A stretch of DNA of 64,000 nt, taken from contig JALDTO010000057.1 of assembly GCA_023515725.1 (NCBI GenBank), forward strand, positions 1 to 64,000, written 5' to 3'. This stretch comes from Amoeboaphelidium protococcarum X5 (taxonomy: Eukaryota > Fungi > Aphelidiomycota). Below the pieces are notes generated by a model. It made no database searches. It was not told where the DNA came from and saw nothing but the letters and a program-made list of their open reading frames with translations. The position numbers were made by a program, and so were the translations under genes. Shown in pieces: positions 39,897 through 51,450 of the stretch; the stretch's first letter is position 1, and every line of letters begins with the position of its first letter.

Positions 39897-40880
39897 TCAT
39901 CGGCCTTGAGTCAGTTTTCTGAATATAAATAACATTAGTTACCGCACGTAACCGGTATATCCACCCACCTTGTTATGTAGACCGTAGTAGACGAGAGTGT
40001 TCTTCATTTTACCCATAACTAGAGCAAGTATAATCAATCGAGCCAGTTGACGTAAAAACTACCGCCGCACCTAATTCTGACGCACAAGCAGCCTTGTAGA
40101 TATAGAAATGGGATACCGAAATATGACAGAGTTGACCACGTACAGGCTGCATAGAAACACTAGACCATCAGTGACAATATCCTAATTGAATTTCGTGGAG
40201 TAAATCCGGCCAATAATCGAAGACTGATTCTACAACTGCTCCACCTACCGCGCAATCTCTTGTCTATACTCTTGTATGGAATTACTGAGGAGTTATCGCG
40301 TGTCATTCAATGCAGCACTCAAGCGCTCTGTAGTCTTCTATTGCACAGCCAGGCCCACGCTCATATCACCCACCTCAGTCTCGAGCTCATTCACACGGTC
40401 CTTGTACAGTACAAGTTCATTACTTATTTTGGATACATATCTATTCAACCGCCTGTTATTAAGAAAATTCACTATATTCACCATATAATTACTACTACTG
40501 AGCTGCAGAAGCTAATTGTTGACTTTATTTTAATTATGAAGAACCATCTCGATTGACTTGACCAACTAATGAGAATCTGCAGCCACGGGATTCTGCTAAC
40601 CATCGCCGCCATTCAACAACTGAAGCGAGTCTTGATAATTCTTGAGCAGTGCATTATGATAATTGAGCTATTAATCTTTTGCAGAATTTATCATGGATAC
40701 TTCATCTGCATCTGCATTATCTATAAATTCCTAGCTAAGAGTGGATAACGACAGATTACGACCTCCACTTTGGCGCTGACTTAGTAGTAATGCACTACTT
40801 GAAGACCGCTTCGGAAATCTAAATTTCTAGTGATTATTATTATTACTACTATTCTCCACTTTCTACTAATCAATATCCAT
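39897..40880 (-). CDS. Hypothetical coiled-coil protein with hydrophobic C-terminal segments, 327 aa
   Basis: TGA-free frame of 328 codons from ATG 40880; no family recognised. Confidence 0.6.
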
Positions 40881-40996
40881 AATTTAATAAAATTCTTAAT
40901 ATAAAGACAATCAATAAAAGCTTTATAATAATATTATCAATACAATTCTGAGTGTTTCAACCAAATCAATGAAAGGAAGAGATTCGATCAATGAAG

Positions 40997-41016
40997 GAGA
41001 GAGAGAGAGAGAGAGA
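40997..41016. repeat. (GA)n microsatellite upstream of the 39897-40880 gene
   Basis: gagagagagagagagagaga tract. Confidence 0.85.
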
Positions 41017-41210
41017 CAGAATGAAAGGGAGCGATCAGATGATTGAGTGATAGCATACAGACTGAATAGTGTACTGTAGGTTAAGACTATAATTGATTCC
41101 TAGCAAAACGCATACAGTGTAGAAATCTATAAAATTACAAAGTTGTCTCCAGTAAATATCGTTATATAAACATAATTGCATTGGCCGTATCCCTTAAGAG
41201 ATGTGCAGTG

Positions 41211-42125
41211 TCAGAGGGCATTGATTGATAAAATGGAGAGAGGCGGTAGTTCATCATCGCTCATCAGATGCGGCTATGACTTTACACTTTAATTATGAGG
41301 CCGTGATTACGATCTTATGTGGATGTGCCGTGAAGATGGTAGCTACTGCTTCTGAGACAATCGCGTCGTCTCTGCAGTCAATAGTCCCAGGTCGCTCTTC
41401 ATCATCACCATCTTGTACAGTATGGCAATCATGAATAGATTCAAAAGGGTGAAGAATATCACAGACACCAGTACCTGGGGTGCCGCTTCACATACAAGGC
41501 CACATGAGGCGCCACATAAGGCCAGCACCACTGTCTTTGAGTTTGATCTTGCGATGATTGAGTAAAATTGTTCATTCGGTGACTATATATCCTGCTTCAA
41601 ATTTCGAATATACATAGTCATAGTATATAGATACATCATATCCATCGTGACTAGGCACACTCCACCGATAGTTGCGACCACGATGAACACGATCAGCACA
41701 CTCAACTCAGACGGGTACAATGTCTACAAGACACCAAATATAGGCAATATAGTGAATGCTATTCTAGCACCCTTTATCAAGTGTGATACATACTACTCAA
41801 ATACAGTAGCAGTGATGAACGGTTTCGATCTTATTTACATATAACTGGTGTAGCATTGTAAAGAGGCACAAAAGGACACTAGATACACACCTCTCATTGG
41901 AACACTAACACGATAACCATACAGATATAATCCTTCAGACACAACAAAGACTATGAGACTTAAATGGAGGTATAATAGCAATCTATCGTGAAGATTATTA
42001 AAGATTGAAGACAGACTTTAATGAAGCCTGTAATGTACCGCCAAGAAAACAATCAGCAAGCATATCAGTGCCAATATCAACACTCCACACACCACCAAGA
42101 TGTAGTTTTGACTAGGAATTAACAT
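41211..42125 (-). CDS. Orphan membrane protein (about 7 TM), 304 aa
   Basis: Single frame with about seven hydrophobic helices and a polar tail. Confidence 0.7.
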
Positions 42126-42346
42126 GACTGAATAATATCAATTGATGTATTGAAATTACAACCACATGAATATTAGATAGGGAATGAAGCTGAATCTTGG
42201 ATATCAAAGTATTGGATTGTTATATATCAGTGAATGTTAAAAATAGACACATTTTGACATTCACTTACATTACTCATCCAAATCAACTCAAATGGAAATA
42301 AGGCTCGAAACATTAAAGAAGCAATCAATAACGAATAATCAAAATT

Positions 42347-43831
42347 TCATTTATTGTCAGTGGTTAAAGTATCCATCACAGCAGACTTGACAGTTGATAC
42401 AACAAACAACACCAATTGATGGACGTTGTCGATCGAGATCTGTTCGTCGCGCGTGCCGTTTGCGCGGATCATGTAGTGATTGATGCCAAGTGAGTTGCAG
42501 AGATACATGAAGCAGGGATTGTAATATCCTTGAGAGGCAATCTCAACTAAGTATCGCTTCTTTGGCTTCATGAATATGATATTAGACAGTGCAGCCCCAT
42601 GTGAACCGACAATCATATTAGCAGTCGAGACTTACTGGACAGTTTCAGTCAGAGTTTCATTGCCGTAGAGGACGGTGAGGCGCGTCTGGCTTGAAACATT
42701 TTCAGCCTCGAGCTAATGCAGTAGCTCATCTAACAGTTACCGTTCTTGAATCAAGTGTCTCCGCTCCACATTCAATCGACTGAAATAAACTACATTAAAC
42801 GTAACTTCTTCAGACGCATCAATAGTCTACATTTGATATACGTCAATATGCTTCCATAATTGAGATTGATAATATTTCATCAAAGGCGATGGCGCATGGA
42901 GACATCTAGGAGCTAGAGGGATTACTTGAAACTTGTCTATATAGAAAAGATCATCGATAGACACGTATATGATATTGAGAGCCGTATGATCAAGCCCAAT
43001 AAGACGTAGTAAGTGCACAGGCGAACCGACACGAAATAGCAGAGGCAACTCTGGACTTTTCACAATAATATGGCGGACCATCAAGACTCTTGGCAATACC
43101 TCAATAAGGAAATGGTAGTAATTTGCACCATACAAATGCACAAGATTTACGGCTTGCTTTAGATGTATTATACTCTATGAAGCATTATAAATGCTGTAGC
43201 CACCGTGGGCATCGTCCACTATGTCTTGACACCCTCCATGCAAATATTACACGCTGCTAGTGAATACATGTCCATTATAATTCACAAAAGATGAGTTATG
43301 AATGATTACCACAGCACCATCATACAGCAATTCAGCGCGCTCATACACCAATGGAGGATTATATCGTGACTTGCCAGAAATAGCCTTTGGTTCCCTAAAC
43401 AATCTCTGGCTTTAATCTTATAACTTTGTCAATTTACAGTACGATACTTCCGGTATATCACCACCGCAGTTTGTAAATAACGGGCATTATCTAGTACGAT
43501 TGCCTGCTCGGCCTGGACACATATCTCCGCCCAGAACTTGGATGTCGATCCATGACTTCAGTCTTTGCCTTTGCATAACTCTCATGTCAATACCGCTTCC
43601 ATTATTTACCAGGCCGAGAGTGGGCGCTTATTATTAAACGCGATCAAATTATAGCAATCTATCATTTAGTTATAATAGTTCATTAACTTGGAAGTAGCTC
43701 CGGTGCAGAATTTAATGTTCAGTTAAAAAGGACTTTCGGAACCGCTGATGGAAACGCCATTTATTCAAATAGAGGATCGTTACCAATGGAAGCAGTATAA
43801 CCAATAGGGCAATCCGAAGTCTCAATTTCAT
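42347..43831 (-). CDS. Glycosyltransferase family 61 (DUF563) type II membrane protein, 494 aa
   Basis: N-terminal TM anchor; NYYHFLIEVLPR, YFSRLNVERRHL and IVGSHGAALSNIIFM...LVEI. Confidence 0.85.
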
Positions 43832-44974
43832 ACCGCAACCTCGTCACTATGCAAATCGTAATGGCCAAAAGAAGTGCAGAATGTAAAGTTGGAATAGATT
43901 AAAAGGGACAAAAACACGACTTGAAACATCATCGGCCACGTTCTAAATGTATCAAAAAGGGAAATTCTCTGCGCGCGATATCGTCATCATACAAACGACA
44001 GGTTTCAACAAAACTCGCCGCGTCACTCTGTGCTCTTTAATTGATTCAGCATACATACCGTAGTTTAATCGAATGATTTAGATCTTGCTAGAGATTCAAA
44101 ACTATAAGAGACTCTCCGCAGTGACTTTTTGTGACGCGCTAAGATCAGTCATACTTGAGGCTATTCTGTGACTATTTAAAAAGATGTGGAGCCAAATTTA
44201 AAGCAGATTTAGAATATCCGTCATATCAAATAACCTGTAAATGTAATTTTAACACGCAACTCTTTGTGCAGTCCAGAAATAAAGTCGAATGCAGTTTTGA
44301 TGCAGTCGATAGAAAGGCGTTTGTTGTTTTTATGCAAGCGGAATATTATGGTCAGCGAAAAGCGTTTCAGGCCCCGTTTCAAGTAAAGTTGATTTAGCAT
44401 AGTCTTAACGGATGATGGGAAAGTTTTATAGAGTCGACGTTATAAGCGACTTCAAATTCTTATACTGTCGGTCATCACTGCGTTTTAATGGCGCGGTAAG
44501 TTCAGTCTTGTTTCAACCAACACCGTAATAAATCTATTAGTGTTGGAGACAAACTAGAATCAGATTCACAATATTTAGCAGATATTAAAGTTGAGGGGGA
44601 AATTTGATGGGAGCAACTCATTTTTCCATAAAAAATTAGTCGGTTGCAGCTTTCATGCATAGTTTTTATGCAAACGGAATATCTGAACAGCCGTAGGCTA
44701 TAAATATACCGTTTCAAGTACTATAAGCACTGTAATATCTCAGTACTACAATGCTTTAGGCCATATACAATGCTCTTATTGTTAAAAGTGCAAAGTGCAA
44801 AAACGGAAACCGTTAAGGTTGACGTTGGAAGAATGCGCGAGCGATCGAGCGCGCGACGGTGATCTCGCAGAAAACAGACAAGTCAGTTGTTTCAAACAAA
44901 TCCTCAATGATTTTGCATTAAACTTTTTGTATTAAATCCACTTTCAATCTCAGTCTCCATATTATCTGTCTTGT

Positions 44975-47407
44975 TCAAATACTACACTCATCCATGGTAC
45001 CAGAGCAATTGTTTGTCTTGAAGCTAGTTGGTTTGAAGTTCCCCCAATGTGCGATGAACTTATCCAAATCACCGCCAAAGTGCTTTCTCAGACATTTCAT
45101 GATCGGGCAGTATTGCTTCACGTAGAATGATTTGGCGCCAGCTGATAACCCGACGGTTGAGCCAGGATCATCCACTGCAAGAATGGCCTCCAACTTCGCC
45201 ATGGCAGTCTTCGCTTTTCTCACTTTCTCTCTCCCAGGCATATCATTCACAACTTCATCCTACTGAACAGCTGTGATGGCAGGTACAACATCAGCTACGT
45301 CAGTGTCTTCTTCATCGGATTCATAGAGTTCATCATCAGAGTGAACCGCAGCTTGTTCACGTAACTATCTGGAAGAAGATTATTGAGAAGTCAGAGTAGA
45401 TTTTGGCTACTTCAACTTAGCTGATTGAGTGGCAGCAATCAATCCATTCGCATAAAGCTCAAGCATCCTACGCAGCTCATTAATCTCCTCCGGAGTGGCA
45501 TTAGGTGCAATTTCTTTCAACTTTGCCTCAATAAGCTGCAGCACAGTCTCTTTCTTCTGCAACTGGAGAAGTGCATCGTAAATCACTCTAGGTCCACCAA
45601 CTGCATCAACATCAGATAATCCACATAAGCTACGAACAATCTCTTGACTCACCTGCTGCAGACAAAAATTGCCTCTAGAATGGGCAGCATTCAGACTGCG
45701 AGCCATCTATAGCTACTCACAGTAGGCTGATCTGAATTTGCTTACCACGGAAGACACGTCCAAACGTCTAGTCTTCGCTAATTCTAGCAAATAGCTAGCA
45801 TCCTTCTTATACAATGCGGCATTAGCGGACGAAGCGTGTCGCGCACTCTTAGTGATGTCAATCTCTGATCCCATTCCCCAAACAGCAAGCAAATAGCCAG
45901 TCTTCCTACTAGTGTGCGTACCAAATTTACCATCGGGATTGCCGGTAGCAATCTTACAAGCTTTCTGATACTGCCTATGATAAGATACGTAAGAGATGTT
46001 GTACGCCGCATGCCCAACTTGCTTCACAGCATCCAGTGTACTCTCTTGAGGGAACAAGAATCCAGTTCTAATCCCAGAAATAAAAATCCACGTCAAAAGC
46101 GCACGAACCGGGCACAATTCGGGCACATCATAATCCGTCCAAAGAGTCAAGCACACTCTAACACGATCAGACTTGCCTTTAATGTAGAAAGCAAGGGAAG
46201 ATATACTGCCATCACTTTGAAAGGTCGCAAGATCCTTGTTGAGACAATTTTCCAGCCTAGGATCATGAATTTTCAAATCGGTGACTTCATCATTGCGCAG
46301 AAATAGCTTGATACTAACGATAATCATCGTCCACATCATGAATGACTTCGCATCATTTTTCGAGATGAAATACTCGCGGAGACGTAGTAATTCCCAAGGT
46401 GTGAGCGGCTAGCTGCCTTCGGACACGTAGCTGCATCCATCGCGGGAGTTCAATCTCTACATGTTAGTCATGAGGGAAGAATTCTTTGGATCTCCACCCA
46501 GCCAAATACGAGGAGCCATCGGATGGAACCGACAGCCAGATCTATCACCACGCTCAGAACGTTGGATGCACTCTTCGCAGATATCTCTGTACTCCCCCCT
46601 CTAATTACGACTATCATGCAGCACAGAGACAGCCGATAACAACTGGTCAACATTCTGTGGCATATTCCAACCACCCTAGCACTTGATATCGTGCCCATAG
46701 ACACATTTCACAGCGTTGCCATTCTCGTCTTTTAGCAAAGAACCCTTCTCATTACGCTTGAACTTGATAAACAAAATGATGCTCTTGGCGTTCATTGACG
46801 GTGTGTACTGCGGGGGGTTAGGAAGCAGCATTAAACTCGAGCTGTAGTCACCAATTAGCGCAAAAAAGTACCGCAATCCTCTGTAATGCTTCTAGTAGGC
46901 TTACATACTATTCACAGCCAAAGGCCTACCGCCAGTGAGTGGCACAGATACGTCGGATCGAGTCAACCTCAGCAGCTTCAACGTCTCTCCAATGCCTTCA
47001 TCCAGCTTATACTTGTACGCCGCTTCAATGCGATACACATGGCTGTTCTCCGACTTCTTGCGTCTCTTCACCTTCTTCGCCAACTGCTCATCATCCAGAC
47101 CATCATCAGAGTCGTAATCGTCGTCGTCATCTTCATCTTCATTCTCCAGCTACCTATTGAAAGCAGCACTGACTTGAGCAGAACTTTGTGAAGTGATATC
47201 AGCAGTTTGATTCATGCTAACAACACTTGTTTCAGCCTCGCACCCAGCCAGACCAGAACTTGAGGAGGCGGATACGCCGACACTACTGCCAACACCAGCA
47301 CACTCATCAACGGCTGGGATGCCAGTACTACTGTTGGAGGTGGTGATACCACCTCCAGATGGCTACGAGTCACTCTACACTGCTCTAGAACGCTTCCTGC
47401 CAGACAT
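44975..47407 (-). mobile_element. Crypton-like tyrosine recombinase ORF, intact, 810 aa
   Basis: Five ORF-track fragments join into one frame under TAR=Gln. Catalytic set: R (FLRNDE), K (KGKSD), HxxR (HTSRK), H (ARH) and Y (ALYKKD), plus CPVRAL...LFP. No RT or gag is linked. Confidence 0.85.
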
Positions 47408-47912
47408 GCGAGACGGTCGAGATTGTAACAAAGCGAGTTCGGTGCGTTTCTCCGGGTGCAAGGTGCAAAACACTACCGGTGCAAAAGAAAACAAGCGTTT
47501 TATTTGTTTTAAAAGAGTCAGATACAAAAGATTACTTGGTGCTGTCGACAGGTAACGCGCCAGAACCAAATAGCTGCCACAGCTCCAAATCTCCATTCTC
47601 ACGCGCCACAGCAGTGATAGGAGGATAAGGATATCCATCCGGTGTACTTTTTATACACGCAATAGCAGAGGGTTGAATATTCAAAAATCTTACTCGATGA
47701 GTCTCCATTTGATGCGTAGTATATCACCAATATTACACAGATCAATCCAGTTTTCGGATAGTCCAAGAGAGTGAAATTTGATAATTTTTCGCCTTCGCTT
47801 TGACACTTGGCTTCAAAGTGGAAAAGCACCGCCTGAAATATAATGAAAATTCAACAATTATTTAGATGAAACTACCTTTGATAAATTTCACCATGTTTAA
47901 ATCAATGTTACT

Positions 47913-49370
47913 TCATTCATTTTAAATCAGTTCGAATTCTGCCTCTAGATTTTTTAACGGCCGCTGATTAGGATGATCGAAGTCTGTTAGCCCCAGTTTA
48001 GTGTACTTTTTATAAAACTCATCCAATCGATACTCCATTTGCGCATACCTTTTGGAGTAATTCTGCACGTATACATTGTCTACAAAGTCTGGATATTTAC
48101 TGATGAGTTCAGAGAAATCATTAGCTTTGCGAACAAGCCTGGCTATTTCATTGCTCAATGCAGATTTTTTGTAAAGCTTCTTCGCGACGCCGTGAACAGA
48201 ATGCCACAAATATGAGTACTTTTGATCGGCATCTTTAAGACTAGTCACAATGATACTAATGATAGCAGGGATTCTCATTTCCACTACGCTTTTGAGTTTA
48301 TCATCATACTAGAGGAAATCGGAATGAAGTCTTTTATACTCGCTAGCGGCATCGTTATAGAGAGACGCCAAACGCCGCATCTCTGAAGCTCCTTCTTTCA
48401 ACAAACTTCTCATATCAGGACTAGATGACAAAGTTTAACGGACTCTGATTAGATACTCCTTAAAGCTCAGTAACGCATCATATAGCAGGACACTATCCTA
48501 TCGAAGCTATAGAAATGCAGTGCCAGTATCTTCACCAGGTTGAGCTTGTTATAATCTCATGAGAGCACGTTCATATTAGCCATGATACTCCATCGCCTTA
48601 CTTTTAGAACTTAAAGCTCCTTCCATTATCTAGTCAAGTAGAAGAATTTAGGTTTGCAAATCAGATTCCATTGTAGCCTCTTTTCTACTGGATTTTGGCC
48701 TGACATGTTTACCTTCACTTTTAAAACCCTTTTTTCCAGCAATGGTCTTCTGTGTGCTTGGTTCAACGTCTTCACCGCTGTGCTCGCCATCTAGCTTATC
48801 TTATTACTAAGGTGTCTATAAAGAGCTCAGAAGAGCCAATGACGTCGCTCGACTTTACTTAGTAGCCTGCTTATAAGCGCGATCCAATCTTACAGGTTAC
48901 TTTGGTGTTAAGAATGGGCCAGCTTCAATCTCGGATCTCAGATCACGCGGTATCTCTTACCATTACGGCTCAGACTAATCGTAATCATCCCTAAACGACT
49001 AGCTAGGCTCTATTTACGCGTCATCACTCACTCTAAGATGACTCAAACGCTTCTCCCACGCATTAAACGCTGGCTTTTGACTAATACTGGAAGAGCCTTA
49101 ATCGCGATCACGTTGAGAAGATTACGCGCTATGCAATACTTTAATGCCATGTCCTTGACCACTATTTCCACCCAGGATATCAGAATTTGGTGGTATAGCC
49201 TACATGGATGAAATTGCAACACCGTCATCATCATCGTCATATCCTTCTCCATTCTTATCACCGCCCAATGTATCATAAAAATCGCCATCATCAGCAGCAT
49301 CACGAGTGCCACCTGTTGATATTGCACGTATTACCAAGAATATGCTCAGCAAGATAATTGCATTCTTCAT
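47913..49370 (-). CDS. Secreted protein A of the DFYDxxG family, 485 aa
   Basis: Signal peptide MKNAIILLSIFLVIRA; DFYDTLG at residue 30; acidic linker, basic patch and helical C-terminal domain. Confidence 0.8.
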
Positions 49371-49730
49371 ATTTACTATTACTTGATTAATCTGTCAGTA
49401 CATTTATCTACAGAGAAATGATTAATACTCACGATATCAATCGAGCATTCTGTATCATTTCCCACGTGGTCCATCTACTCCGTGATCACCCTGCCAGTCC
49501 TAAGTAAAAATTCAAACGCCGACACTTTGATAGAGACATTAGGCATCTGCATTTGAAAATATTATAAGTAAACGCGTTTTTAGACTTTAAAAGTCAATTG
49601 AATGATCTATCTTCTCATTTTGAATGTAATATGAGCTTTACATGGCACAACAATGAAAAATACAACAGCTTATAACATGCTCTAAAATTTATTTTCTCTT
49701 CAGCTATTCAAATTCTCATGTTCCTCATTA

Positions 49731-51128
49731 TCACTGAGATCCCAACTGCGCCTTGCAGAGTTACATTCTCTCCTTGTAATCATAAAACAGTTCAGAGATC
49801 TAAGAATTAATGGCTTAGACTTCTTGAGATGGATATCTATTGGCGTAAACGTACGCATAAACCATATCTACCTTTTCGCGAGTACCAAACACGCTTTCGC
49901 TCGAACTCTCAAATCCCTCATCTTCGCACTGGAGCGACAGAACGTCCTCCAACAGGTCCAGAAGATGGCCAAACACCTCAACTTCAGAGCTTCTACCATA
50001 AGTTCTTACATCTTTAATTAACACTTTAAATAGTGCTTCTTATTGAGAGAACTCCTCTCTGAGCTGTAATCCTTGCTGATAGCTATCTGTCAACTCTTTA
50101 TACTTTTCAGCAAATCCAGAGTATTGAGCATCGGCGGTTTGCAGAAACTTGACATTGATGCAATCCAGAGCACTTTCAAACAGCTCAAATGCAGCATAAG
50201 CGTTGGCATAATGTACAGAGCCTTCCGACGCAAAAAGCACCATATTATACAGCATATCCAGCTTTTAACTAGGAACCATATTCTCTTTAGCGGAAAACAC
50301 GTCAGCCAATAACTTTAGTTACATAACGTTGTCTTTGAAATCTTCATAAAATAGATTGAAATTCTCCTTGAGCTCTATCATAGTTTACACTTAGTACTTT
50401 AACTTTGACACTTGCTTTTCGTGCACAGATTCTAGCTCACTAAGCTTCTGCTCTACCATTTTTTGATTTTATAACTAAGCTTCAGCAAAGAGAGCGTCCA
50501 AATCATCATCCTCGTCCAGCGCTTTGCCTTTATTCTAAACATTGGAATTATTGGCTGATGCTTTGCTTTTGCTCTTCTTCTTCTTCTTCTTCTTCTTATT
50601 TTCTGGGCTGGATGGCTTTTTAAGAGCTTCACTTGGGGACTGATCGCCGGTATAATCAAAATCCTCTTCCAATTCTCCGTTTGACGCGTCAATCTAACGC
50701 TCAGGCGGCAACTCTCCGGTAATTACAGATACATCCAGCTAATATTAACTTTCATCATTAATATCATACTCGCCAGTTTCGCGATTAAAGTCTTAGGGAG
50801 TTGATTCATTATCCAAGCTATCGATCACAGATTTAGAAGCGAAGGACTCTGGCTATTCAATTTCGTCAATGTTGGCAATAGCATCCTCATTGGCGAGAAG
50901 CTGGCCATCACCGAAATTACTCAGTGCGTCATCATCTTCAAGCAGAGTAGATATTTTCAGAGGATTCGTGTTATCAAAATCGCCAAACTTTACGAATTGT
51001 GTACCATCTTCATGACTATTCATATCAAAGCCAAGAGTGTCATAAAAGTCCTCGACGAAGCGCGTAGGAGCAGCATTAGTCCCAGAAACAGCAATCAACA
51101 CAAAGACTATCGGTAGAGATATCATCAT
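49731..51128 (-). CDS. Secreted protein B of the DFYDxxG family, 465 aa
   Basis: Signal peptide MMISLPIVFVLIAVSGTNA; DFYDTLG at residue 27; NKKKKKKKSKSK; helical C-terminal domain. Confidence 0.8.
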
Positions 51129-51450
51129 GATTTATACAGCGAATAATTTGTCAAATCACTGATGCAATGTCAAAATAAAAAAAGAGTGCAAATGATGATA
51201 TGCCCCTGAATGTGAATGAGATAATGTCAAGTCGTTGTTTGACTGCACGAGAGATGCAAGATTCAAATCTATCAAATTGGTGGTTATTAATGTGCTCTGC
51301 AAAAAGGCATTAAAGGGGAAAAGTTCACTATACTGGTAATAACTGAGAAAAATAGAATATGAAATCCATGCAACCTTTGTCTATCTAAAATTTTATTACT
51401 CTATAAGCAACATCAAAATCAACTCTTATAAACCTTCCGAATTTCTCATA

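Noticed and set aside
44070-44720. Short ORFs downstream of the recombinase as a second element gene
   Set aside because: There is no ATG-initiated long frame and no recognisable domain.
44975-47407. Prophage integrase, bacterial contamination or DIRS retrotransposon
   Set aside because: The ORF uses the host TAR=Gln code, has an NLS, is flanked by eukaryotic genes, and has no phage genes or RT/RNase H alongside.
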